DNA from: Amphiscolops sp. MND2022
Lineage: Eukaryota
Assembly: GCA_964187785.1 (NCBI GenBank)
Contig: OZ076409.1
Location: forward strand, 52,826,001 to 52,890,000
DNA: 64,000 nt
Reading direction: 5' to 3'
The translations under genes were made by a program, and so were the position numbers. Positions 12,801-24,924 of this stretch are shown piece by piece. The notes under the pieces were generated by a model. That model did no database searches. It was not told where the DNA came from and saw only the letters and a list, made by a program, of their open reading frames with translations. The stretch's first letter is position 1. The number at the start of each line of letters is the position of its first letter.

Positions 12801-15462
12801 TCAGCACGAGGATAACGCCATCGGACTTCAGTTTTGAAGTTTGCCAGACTGAGAGCTACCTCTTCTGGACTTTTAGCCATAGCGACGGTTTCTAAGGATG
12901 AGGAGTCAAGTCATTGTTTCCGCACCGAACAATGACTGCATCGTATTTTGCAGCCATTTCAGAAGTCGAGCGAAAATTGCGCTCGCAATGCGCTTCTAGG
13001 GCACCAAAGAACCAAACCAGTCGGCAGTCAAATAACAAGTAGAGAGAGAACAATTAATGAACTGGAACAAACACTTACTCTAGGCGCAAATAGTCCGCAA
13101 GATGACTATCTTATGCGAATTTCGGTACACATTTTTTCAGCTTAGAGTCACCCAATCTTAACACAGAGCAACTTCCCCATCGAAACTGTTTGCTTGCTTA
13201 TGTGAAAGGGAGGCAATGCGTATCCGTTACACTCAAATTATTTTGATTACGCAGAACTCACGCAGAATTTGCGCTAACCAACAGCTTTTGCGGCACCAAT
13301 AACGGCACTGTTAAAAAACCTGTCAGCTGTAAAAAAACTTATTAGGAACAAACACGTAACCTAGGAGCAAGTAGTCAACAGGATGACTATCATTTACGGA
13401 ATGCTGTACACATCTTTTCAAGTTAGAGTCGCTCAATATTTACACTCTGGAAGCAACTTTACCATCGAAACTGATTGCTTGCTTATGTAAAAAGGTAGCA
13501 ATGAGTATCCGTTACCTCCAAATTATTTTGCAACCAAGGACTGACTCTCAACTCGATCAGGTATCTTCATTAGCAGGAGAGCGTCAAGTTGATGGGTTGT
13601 TGTTCTCGAGAAACCAGGTTCTTTCAGAACAATCAAAACAACAGTCAAACGACAGATTTTATTACTCTTTGAAAGAGACGGGCAGCATTGGGTATGCCAA
13701 CTTCATGGTTTAAGTGAACACCATCAGGTTCAAAATGTAAAATGACCATAAGGCTTAATGTACTTGGGGCTGACACAAGATTAATTGGATCAAGCTAAAA
13801 CATTAGTTTCTTGTGCAATGAATCTCGCGACATCAGGCCTGGACATTGGACCAAATATTCTATCAGCACGAGGATAACGCCATCGGACTTCAGTTTTGAA
13901 GTTTGCCAGACTGAGAGCTACCTCTTCTGGACTTTTAGCCATAGCGACGGTTTCTAAGGATGAGGAGTCAAGTCATTGTTTCCGCACCGAACAATGACTG
14001 CATCGTATTTTGCAGCCATTTCATAGAAGTCGAGCGAAAATTGCGCTCGCAATCCGCTTCTAGGGCACCAAAGAACCAAACCAGTTGGCAGTGAAATAAC
14101 AAGTAGAGAGAGAACAATTAATGAACAGGAACAAACACTTACTCTAGGCGCAAGTAGTCCGCAAGATGATTATCTTTTGCGAATTTCGGTATACATTTTT
14201 TTTTCAGGTTGGAGTTACCCAATCTTAACACTGAGAGCAACTTTCCCATCGAAACTGTTTGCTTGCTTATGTGAAAGGGAAGCAATGCGTATCCGTTACT
14301 CTCAAATTATTTTGATTACGCAGAATTTGCGCTAACCAACAGCTTTTGCGGCACCAATGAACGGCACTGTTAAAAAACCAGTCAGCTGTAAAAAAAACAT
14401 ATCAGGAACAAACACGTAACCTAGGAGCAAGTAGTCAGCAGGATGACTATCATTTACGGAATGCTGTACACATCTTTTCAAGTTAGAGTCGCTCAATATT
14501 TACACTCTGGAAGCAACTTTACCATCGAAACTGATTGCTTGCTTATGTAAAAAGGATGTGTATCCGTTACCTCCAAATTATTTTGCAACCAAGGACTGAC
14601 TCTCAACTCGATCAGGTATCTTCATTAGCAGGAGAGCGTCAAGTTGATGGGTTGTTGTTCTCAAGAAACCAGGTTCTTTCAGAACAATCAAAACAACAGT
14701 CAAACGACAGATTTTATTACTCTTTGAAAGAGACGGGCAGCATTGAGTATGCCAACTTCATGGTTTAAGTGAACACCATCAGGTTAAAAATGTAAAATGA
14801 CCATAAGGCTTAATGTACTTGGGGCTGACACAAGATTGATTGGATCAAGCGAAAACATTAGTTTCTTGTACAATTAATTTGGCGACATCAGGCCTGGGCA
14901 TTGGACCAAATATTCTATCAGCACGAGGATAACGCCATCGGACTTCAGTTTTGAAGTTTGCCAGCCTGAGAGCTACCTCCTCTGGACTTTTAGCAATAGC
15001 GTCGGTTTCTAAGGATGAGGAGTCAAGTCATTGTTTCCGCACCAATGACTGCATCGTATTTTGCAGCCATTTCAGAGAAGTCGAGCGAAAATTGCGCTCG
15101 CAATCCGCTTCTAGGGCACCAAAGCAGTAGGCAGTCAAATAACAAGTAGAGAGAGAACAATTAATGAACAGGAACAAACACTTACTCTAGGCGCAAATAG
15201 TCTGCAAGATGACTATCTTTTGCGAATTTCGGTAAACATTTTTTCAGGTTAGAGTCACCCAATCTCAACACTGACTGAGAGCAACTTTCCCATCGAAACT
15301 GTTTGCTTGCTTATGTAAAAGGTAAGCAATGAGTATCCGTTACTTTCAAATTGTTTTGATTACGCAGAACTCACGCAGAATTTGCGCTAACCAACAGCTT
15401 TTGCGGCACCAGTAAACGGCACTGTTAAAAAACCAGTCAAATGTAAAAAAAACTTATTAGGA

Positions 15463-15725
15463 ACAAACACGTAACCTAGGAGCAAGTAGTCAGCAGGATG
15501 ACTATCATTTACGGAATGCTGTACACATCTTTTCAAGTTAGAGTCGCTCAATATTTACACTGTAAATATTGAGCGACTCTAACTTGAAAAGATGTGTACA
15601 GCATTCCGTAAATGATAGTCATCCTGCTGACTACTTGCTCCTAGGTTACGTGTTTGTCATCAGTTTCGATGTCAAAGTTGCTTCCAGAGTGGCACTCTGG
15701 AAGCAACTTTGACATCGAAACTGAT
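15463..15725. repeat. Two adjacent perfect palindromes (fold-back duplications) within one array unit
   Basis: 97-bp arms at 15463-15559 and 15561-15657; 33-bp arms at 15659-15691 and 15693-15725. Each has a 1-nt centre. Confidence 0.95.
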
Positions 15726-15872
15726 TGCTTGCTTATGTAAAAAGGTAGCAATGAGTATCCGTTACCTCCAAATTATTTTGCAACCAAGGACTGACTCTCA
15801 ACTCGATCAGGTATCTTCATTAGCAGGAGACCGTCAAGTTGATGGGTTGTTGTTCCCAAGAAACCAGGTTCT

Positions 15873-16353
15873 TTTTAATATTTCTGCTTTAGCAGGAATG
15901 TTATTGTAACCTCAAAGTTGGTCCTTTTTTTTTTCAGTCGTCAAATTTCGTCCTACTGAATAATTCAGATATTTTGTTCGGCAGTGAGTGTAAGCGTGGG
16001 AAAGCTGCCGACAACAATTCAATTCTAGTGCGATAGAACGAGCGAGTGGTAATTATCAATTCGTATGCTGACGTCATTGAGATGAAGCGAATGAGTGTTA
16101 ATTATTCGTTCGTTGAGAGCTTCGCCTGCATTCAAATGCGAATGCGAAACTTCGTCTACGCTTAGTTATATTTTCTTTAGTCCGAGAAGAATTAAAGGCG
16201 GTGTAAACTTGTACAGTGATTAATTGTGCTCTAAGTAATGATTAAACAGGAGTGTATTGGTATTCCAGATATGATTCTTTTATTAATGATTTTTTGTTTT
16301 AAAAAAATAAAGATTAAAGCAGAAATAGTACTGAGCCCCGGAGGGGCCTATTT
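15873..16353 (+). mobile_element. DINE-1/Helentron-like non-autonomous element, family B, inserted in the array
   Basis: Subterminal inverted repeats atttctgcttta / taaagcagaaat and 3' hairpin gccccggaggggc. Inserted in the T run of ggttcttttagaac without a TSD; the other units show the empty site. Confidence 0.85.
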
Positions 16354-19300
16354 TAGAACAATCAAAACAACAGTCAAACGACAGATTTTATTACTCTTTG
16401 AAAGAGACGGGCAGCATGGGGTATGCCAACTTCATGGTTTAAGTGAACACCATCAGGTTAAAAATGTAAAATGACCATATGGCCTAATGTACTTGGGGCT
16501 GACACAAGATTAATTGGATCAAGCGAAAACCTTAGTTTCTTGTACAATGAATCTCGCGACATCAGGCCTGGGCATTGGACCAAATATTCTATCAGCACGA
16601 GGATAACGCCATCGGACTTCAGTTTTGAAGTTTGCCAGACTGAGAGCTACCTCTTCTGGACTTTTAGCCATAGCGACGGTTTCTAAGGATGAGGAGTCAA
16701 GTCATTGTTTCCGCACCGAACAATGACTGCATCGTATTTTGCAGCCATTTCATAGAAGTCGAGCGAAAATTGCGCTCGCAATCCGCTTCTAGGGCACCAA
16801 AGAACCAAACCAGTTGGCAGTCAAATAACAAGTAGAGAGAGAACAATTAATGAACTGGAACAAACACTTACTCTAGGCGCAAATAGTCCGCAAGATGACT
16901 ATCTTTTGCGAATTTCGGTAAACATTTTTTCAGGTTAGAGTCACCCAATCTCAACACTGACTGAGAGCAACTTTCCCATCGAAACTGTTTGCTTGCTTAT
17001 GTGATAGGTAAGCAATGAGTATCCGTTACTCTCAAATTGTTTTGATTACGCAGAACTCACGCAGAATTTGCGCTAACCAACAGCTTTTGCGGCACCAGTA
17101 AACGGCACTGTTAAAAAACCAGTCAGATGTAAAAAAAACTTATTAGGAACAAACACGTAACCTAGGAGCAAGTAGTCAACAGGATGACTATCATTTACGG
17201 AATGCTGTACACATCTTTTCAAGTTAGAGTCGCTCAATATTTACGCTCTGGAAGCAACTTTGACATCGAAACTGATTGCTGGCTTATGTAAAAAGGAAGC
17301 AATGAGTATCCGTTACCTCCAAATTATTTCGCAACCAAGGACTGACTCTCAACTCGATCAGGTATCTTCATTAGCAGGAGAGCGTCAAGTTGATGGGTTG
17401 TTGTTCCCAAGAAACCAGGTTCTTTCAGAACAATCAAAACAACAGTCAAATGACAGATTTTATTACTCTTTGAAAGAGACGGGCAGCATGGGGTATGCCA
17501 ATTTCATGGTTTAAGTGAACACCATCAGGTTCAAAATGTAAAATGACCATAGGCTCAATGGACTTGGGGCTGACACAAGATAAATGAGATCAAGCGAAAA
17601 CATTAGTTTCTTGTACAATTAATTTGGCGACATCAGGCCTGGGCATTGGACCAAATATTCTATCAGCACGAGGATAACGCCATCGGACTTCAGTTTTGAA
17701 GTTTGCCAGACTGAGAGCTACCTCCTCTGGACTTTTAGCAATAGCGTCGGTTTCTAAGGATGAGGAGTCAAGTCATTGTTTCCGCACCAATGACTGCATC
17801 GTATTTTGCAGCCATTTCAGAGAAGTCGAGCGAAAATTGCGCTCGCAATCCGCTTCTAGGGCACCAAAGCAGTAGGCAGTCAAATAACAAGTAGAGAGAG
17901 AACAATTAATGAACAGGAACAAACACTTACTCTAGGCGCAAATAGTCCGCAAGATGACTATCTTTTGCGAATTTCGGTAAACATTTTTTCAGATTAGAGT
18001 CACCCAATCTCAACACTGACTGAGAGCAACTTTCCCATCGAAACTGTTTGCTTGCTTATGTGATAGGTAAGCAATGAGTATCCGTTACTCTCAAATTGTT
18101 TTGATTACGCAGAACTCACGCAGAATTTGCGCTAACCAACAGCTTTTGCGGCACCAGTAAACGGCATTGTTAAAAAACCAGTCAGATGTAAAAAAAAACT
18201 TATTAGGAACAAACACGTAACCTAGGAGCAAGTAGTCAACAGGATGACTATCATTTACGGAATGCTGTACACATCTTTTCAAGTTAGAGTCGCTCAATAT
18301 TTACACTCTGGAAGCAACTTTGACATCGAAACTGATTGCTTGCTTATGTAAAAAGGAAGCAATGAGTATCCGTTACCTCCAAATTATTTCGCAACCAAGG
18401 ACTGACTCTCAACTCGATCAGGTATCTTCATTAGCAGGAGAGCGTCAAGTTGATGGGTTGTTGTTCCCAAGAAACCAGGTTCTTTCAGAACAATCAAAAC
18501 AACAGTCAAATGACAGATTTTATTACTCTTTGAAAGAGACGGGCAGCATGGGGTATGCCAATTTCATGGTTTAAGTGAACACCATCAGGTTCAAAATGTA
18601 AAATGACCATAGGCTCAATGGACTTGGGGCTGACACAAGATAAATGAGATCAAGCGAAAACATTAGTTTCTTGTACAATGAATCTCGCGACATCAGGCCT
18701 GGGCATCGGACCAAATATTTTATCAGCACGAAGATAACACCATCGGACTTCAGTTTTGAAGTTTGTCAGACTGAGAGTTACCTCCTCTGGACTTTTTGCA
18801 AAAGCGACAGTTTATAAGGATGAGGAGTCAAGTCATTGTTTCCGCATCAAACAATGACTGCATCGTATTTTGCAGCCATTTCAGAGAAGTCAAGCGAAAA
18901 TTGCCCTCGCAATCTTCTAGGGCACCAAAGAACCAAACCAGTCGGCAGTCAAATATACAAGTTGAGAGAGAACAATTTTTGAACAGAAACAAACTTTTAC
19001 TGTAAGCGCAAATAGTCCGCAAGATGACTCTCTTTTGCGAATTTCGGTAAACATTTTTCAGGTTAGAGTCACCCAATCCTAACACTGAGAGCAACTTTCC
19101 CATCGAAACTGTTTGCTTGCTTATTTGAAAAGGAAGCAATGTGTATCTGTTACTTTCGAATTTTTTTGATTACGAAATTTTTTTGCTCCGATATCGCATA
19201 AATGCAGGAACATTTCTGTGTCACAAAGTTACTAAGGGACAGTAACCGTTTATTTTTCTGTGGAAAGTGTCGACGAGTTGAAATCTTTAACAGTTAAAAC

Positions 19301-19944
19301 AAATGTTCAAAATTTTTCCCAAACAGCCAGTGCTGTGTTTATAACCATAGTAGTCTCACGAGATGCGTCAGAGACCTAATGTAAGACAGAGTTCGCAGAC
19401 ATTCCCGAGACCTAATGTGAGTTACATCATATTCATAGATGGAGGAACAGTTAACTTGTTTAGTTCTCGAGCTCCCTCATCTAACTGCGATTTCGCGAGT
19501 AGCTCGTAAATCTAAGCGTTGAAGGAGCTTCAGAAGATACTAAACCGAAAACCGCCACTCAACCTCGCAGTCTTCAGCTTTTTGTGAACAGCGTTCCAAA
19601 AGTCTAACATACGGCTGAACAGAATGGGGAGAGTCACTGAGTGGAAACCAAGGAGATGGAATGCAAAACTTTTACCACCGAGACAGCTGGCAGGTTTCAA
19701 TGGCCCGGATTTTTTTAATCGAAAGTGCATTATATTCGGTTCAAAATGAGTTAGTTTTTAACAATTCAAATTGTTTTTTTCAAAAAACTTGGCAAACACA
19801 GCCAGTGCTGTGTTATTGACCATCGTAATCTCTCGGGATGCATTAATGCATTAGAGACCTAATGTAACAGTTACCTATTGGTGTGGATTTAGGAACAATT
19901 TATTTAATCAGTTCTCGAGCTCCCTCATCTGAGATCAAAAGAAA

Positions 19945-20135
19945 AGTCGAAGACCAGAAATTATTGCTTTTTGAAATAGACGGGTAGTATGGCAGATATC
20001 AAACTCACTCTTCAAGTGAGTACCATCAGGCTCAAAATGGCATGAGGAATAATGCCCCTCATGCTGAAGTTTGTTCATTTCATGGAACCAAGCAAAAACA
20101 AATTAGTTTCTTGTACAATGAATCTCGAGTGGTCA
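19945..20135 (-). pseudogene. Diverged SGNH hydrolase C-terminal fragment
   Basis: Minus strand reads HFEPDGTHLKSEFDICHTTRLFQKAII. It shares ttagtttcttgtacaatgaatctcg with the array unit. Confidence 0.65.
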
Positions 20136-20299
20136 TCAAATCTTGCACAGGCAGCAATGAGTAGTGTTCATCGAATTGGGAGATCTCATAGTGGAAAATT
20201 GCCGAAGAAATGACACACTGGTGACCGAGAACGGTCATATTTAACAATCGCCGTGGTCTCATTTTTGTCCCATGGTCTCATTTTTGTCTTCCTGGTGAT

Positions 20300-23200
20300 A
20301 CACAGCTACAACAGCAAATCTGCCTGTTTTGGTTTGCGCAATACATTCGCTCCAATTTTTAGATTAGGATAACGATAATGTCTAGTGTAGGATAACGATG
20401 CTATATTTCGAAAACTTTGTAAAGAATGTCGACTGCGAAGGTGTCCCGGGCCACATTCCAAGAAAGCAAACCTCCAACAATCAGCAGATACATCTGTGAA
20501 ACGGTTGTCAAGCTTCTGCAGACTGTCTTTGCGCTCAATCTCAATCTTTTGGCGCAAAAGAGAGTTATCCGAAAGACGAGATTAAACTCTTCATGGTTCC
20601 TTGAACAGAGCTGAACAAGAAATGATTCGCTGACTCGAAAGCAGACGCTGAATTTCTCCACAAAGGCCCTTTACGACGGATTTGATCGCAGAGATGCCTA
20701 AGACGGTGAATGTTGAACTCAGCTACTCTTTGCCGTAGAGTTTCACAAAACACCCCTGAAATTCTATCTGACGCTCAGCCTCATTGATGGTATCTCCAGT
20801 GACCTTCTTCATACATAACAGCTGCATGGCAACATGACCAGCATCCAACATTTGCAACGATTTCAAATTCTTGGAATTGTCAATCAATGCAGCCACTGCC
20901 GCATTGTAAGATATAACTAACGTACCAGCACTGGTGTCTGAAATACAGGATCCACCTACCATCCCTAAAAACTGGATTCCTTGTTTAAAATCATATACAA
21001 TGAACGATTTTAAGAAGTTAGTCTCGACTTCCTCTTGAAACGTTAAACTTCTGTCAAGATACACACCGAGATATTCAATGGAATTGGTTGCTTTAATGGA
21101 TTGGCCTTCAAGTTTCAAATTTTCCATCACTCGATTTTTGCGAGGTTTACTGAAGACAATGAATTCGGTTTTACTAGCATTTATTATGAGTAGGTGACTT
21201 TCAAAATAGCGTTCTAGAGAAATAATATTTTTCTCCAGGGCTTTCAACGAGACTTATACATCTTTGTTAGATATGAAAATCATGGTATCATCTGCATATT
21301 GCAGAAGGTTGCCCGAATTGTCAATTGTTTTATATTATCAACATAGATTTTGAATAGAGAAGGCCCTAAAATAGTCCCTTGTGGAACACCTTGATAAAGC
21401 TGAATCCTTCCGATGAAGTCTTTTGAGTTTTTTTAAAATCCAACTCAAATCGTTTTCATTTTCCCTTGATGATCATTATGACCCACGTATCCAGGTTTGT
21501 TTCTTCTATTAAAACAAGGAACATTTATGACAAAGATTTATTCGAACATCACTGATTACAAACTAACTCGCTGGGACAATCGAGAAGAAGGTCTGCCTTG
21601 AAAACTTTCCGAACCTAAACATAATATCATTCAGATACAGGAGGACTTTATCTGCAAACAAGAGCTTAAAGTGACATTTCAAGTGCCACATAATCAGGCG
21701 TCACAATAACTTCATTCGACAGCCAGTGCTGACATGAATTTTATGGAAACCTTGACCAGCATTTAACTTTTGCAACCAATTCGTTGGAATTGTCGATTGA
21801 CGAAACCAGTGCCGCATTGTAGACATAACTTTCCAGCAGTGTTGCCTAAAAGAATGGATCCATTTGAAATCCTTTTTTTATAGATGCTTTCAATTCTATA
21901 AATGTCACCTTTTTGAAACCCAATACGAAATCCTTTCATTTTTGTCTGGTCGAATATTGGAACACATCCACAGATTCGTCGTTTCTTCCATTAAAGCGAG
22001 AAGCATGTAAAAAAACGAGTGAACATCTCTATTTCAAATTATTTTTATTACTAACAATCGACGAAAAGTCTGACGTTTTTGCGCCATCGCGGTTCGCGTT
22101 TTTCGTGAGCGCAACGGGACTGCTCTATTTTGCTCTCAAGACATGCATCATGCAGCGCAGCAATAGCTCCATTGTATTGCTCCCAACAGTTCAAAGAAAA
22201 CTTTTGAGTAATAATTTTGGCCCGAGCACTTTTGTCCGCAAAACCTACCATTTTTCAGAGCATTGCAGAATTCGATGGCACTTCAAGAGCAGGAGTATCC
22301 ACAGTCGAATCTAACTAGACAGTTCCGTTTTTGATGCGGTTGTGTCCAGACGTCATACTCATTGTCGGATGCGTTTACATCCTAATTTTGATGAATTATT
22401 GGGCTTGTATAGCACTCACGTTCGATGCGTTCTGTATTATTCAAACTGGCACCCGAAAGATTTGTTCTCAACTTCAGCATGACTGCCAAGGAACCAGACT
22501 TTCTTTCCCTTCAAAGTCACCGTTCTTACAACGGATCATCAATTTATCAGACTTTGCAAGTCCTAGCCGCTCCGCCAGGTCTAGTGCCAAAAAGCTTTAG
22601 GACTTGATCGAGAGCAACGAAAGTGTTGTCTTGGGGAAAGCGAATAATGACGGCGCTGTCATGATTCCTAAACTCTTGAAAACCTCGATTCGGACGATTG
22701 GAGCTGAAAATGAAACTTCATTGCTTATTGTGCGTAAAGGACGAAACGTTCAGAGTAAATTACAATTAAAAACAATTATGTTGAAAAGCCCCAGAAAATA
22801 TAGTCAGTGCTTTGTCCCGTAATTGAAAGAAAGGGGTGAAGAAATGAATGAATGAAAAGCTGAAGTCTGTTACAATTATAATTGATTAATGTAAAACAGT
22901 TAGTCTAAAGACAGCCAGTGCTGTGTTGAAAACAACTCCCCTTGCGAGCGAGATCTAAGAGTTTTTGATTTACTCAAATTTCTCATCAAATTGTCAGAAC
23001 ACTTGCAGAAAACTTTTAGCAACGAAAGATCCTCGGAAACACCAAACTGAATGCGGCCGGCCGGGTTCCGGCACTCAAGAAGTACTATTACATCACTCAC
23101 GGCTGCAGCTGAGATTAACAACCGGAAGGTGTCACATGGCAAGCACAGATAATAAACTAACCCAACGAAATATCAGACTTTGTAAGTCTTAGCTGCTCCA

Positions 23201-23550
23201 ACTGTCTAGTTCCAAAGTTCTCGGTAGCTTGTAGTCGCGAGCAACGAAAGGCTTGTCTTGGAAAAATCGAATGATTTTGTGGTCAATATCCTTAAACTAT
23301 CAAACATCGACTCGGTCGATTGGAGCTGAATGTTAAACTGAATTGTTTATTCTTTGTTAAGGATGAACCGTTCAGAATACATTAGAATTAAAAACAAATC
23401 ATGTTGAAGAGGCCGATAAAACAGCCAGTGCTGGGTCCAGTATTTGATAAAATGAGAGTGAAGGAATGAATGAATAGAAACTAGTCTCTTATACTTGAAT
23501 TTATTTAACGTAAAAGAATTCGTCCAAACACAGCCAGTGCTCTGTTGAAT
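20300..23550 (-). pseudogene. Cluster of decayed paralogous gene fragments (LRR-like)
   Basis: 20870-20955 is homologous to 21785-21862, and 22540-22940 to 23170-23550. Translations include YNAAVAALIDNSKNLKSLQMLDAG and LEQLRLTKSDIS. There are many stops, and the family call is weak. Confidence 0.35.
21025..21415 (-). mobile_element. Non-LTR retrotransposon (LINE) reverse transcriptase fragment
   Basis: GVPQGTILGP, QYADDTMIF, LIINASKTEFIVF and YLGVYLDRSLTF motifs, with frameshifts. Confidence 0.9.
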
Positions 23551-24852
23551 GAGGCGCCCCTAGTGAGCACTTGATTTACTCAATTCTGGAAGAAGCTCAG
23601 AGGTATCAGAGCGACATCGTAGCTGCCGATGGGAATATTAGAAGATGTCGGAAAGCTAATTGCAAGTACCGAATAACGAGCGCAGAGCAATCGAGCGAAG
23701 AACGAGCAAACACTTGCAGAGAAAAATGCCAACTTTGAAGAGAAAACCTAACAAGCAATATTATACGGAGAACCACGGGTCAAGGAGTTGGACAATTTCT
23801 CTACTAATTGATCAGTTTAACCCGGAATGGCGTATGAATTTTCGGGATTCATCCAAAATTCTTATCTTAAACTTTAAACAATATCTTAAAGTGTTCAAGT
23901 TCGACAAACTACTTTTGGCCGCACTGGCTCCGGAATTTGCGCCAAAACTTTGTACGCATCGTGTCACTGACTGCATTGCAGCATGTTTCAAAACATGCTA
24001 GGGTCTCTTTGAACCAATCTTGTCTGCAGTGAGATAAAGTGGCCACAAAAGAAAACAGGAAGAACGGAAATTTTGGTCTCAATTTTGATTTTTTGCTCCC
24101 GTTTTTTTTATTTTGGAGACACCAAGTTAACAATCCGTGAAAATGCATGCAATGCGATTTAATATTGTCTGAAATTCTTATTCAAGACGTTTCTTTACCA
24201 TACCAGCTGGTGCCTTTGAAAGTTTGCAGACCTTCAGTGGTGCAAATACGTACCACGATGCTAATTAGGGTTAAACAATGCTGGGAACGGTCCAAGACGG
24301 CGTCCCGCTAAAAGTTCGAAAGAGGGAAGTTTTCTAAATAGGCAAGCGTCACTTTTGTCAAATGTTTATAAAATTGAGAGCTCCGGAAAGTACCAAAAGT
24401 GTTTCGCATAAGACTGGAACACCGCTTTTCTATAACTTGAAGCATAAAAAACTGATTTTTTGAAGTTTTTTCTTCGTGCAAAAGTCCTATAGTGACAAAA
24501 AAGAAGCTTTACGCTCACCAGACGCTTTTCAGGCCGAAAAGATCAATCGGAGAGAAGGGGGTACCCTTCGACCAAATGAAAACCGTATTGAAAATAAAAT
24601 TGCAGTGTCAAAAAAAACTGGGTCTTATCCACAATAATTGAGAAAACTCATCAGTTCCACAAAATGAAAAAACTCAAAAGTCTCATTGTGGGCTTTTTAA
24701 TCATCCAGTTGGGTGCAAAACAACAAAAAACAAAGAAGGGGCCCTTTGGCCCATTCCATATGCTTCCACCAATCGTATAATGAAACGTAATTGAAATTGA
24801 ATGGGAACAAGACGCCCGCTAAGCACTGGGATTTTTTCCGCTTAAAATGTAA

Positions 24853-24924
24853 CGCTTCGGCCCGGGTTCGAACCCATGACCTCTTGCCTGGCAGGCACAC
24901 GCATTACCAACTGCGCCAAGACGC
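24853..24924 (-). repeat. tRNA-derived (Gly-GCC-like) SINE-type head
   Basis: A box tggcgcagttgg, ctgccag loop, B box ggttcgaacc. The acceptor stem does not pair, and it is embedded in repeat sequence. Confidence 0.6.

Larger units (their letters stand above)
6107..19172. repeat. Tandem array of a ~1.06 kb unit (11 full units plus 1 partial)
   Basis: The anchor (t/c)gcaaccaaggactgact recurs at 6107, 7168, 8228, 9288, 10361, 11402, 12467, 13529, 14584, 15779, 17330 and 18390. The two longer spacings are explained by a fold-back insertion and a TE insertion. Confidence 0.97.

Noticed and set aside
7140..18574. Recurring + strand 70-84 aa ORFs (MSIRYLQIILQPRTDSQ...) as a tandem gene family
   Set aside because: They are the antisense shadow of the SGNH C-terminus and unit junction. 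Their similarity reflects recent duplication, several copies are frameshifted, and no domain is recognisable.
6220..19103. SGNH copies as functional genes using programmed frameshifting
   Set aside because: Several different frameshifts, stops and a decayed splice acceptor per copy, with no consistent slippery motif.
24853..24924. Functional tRNA genes (also 36575-36655, ~42270-42345, ~45930-45990, 52480-52565)
   Set aside because: A and B boxes are present, but acceptor stems do not pair and most lie in or beside dispersed repeats.
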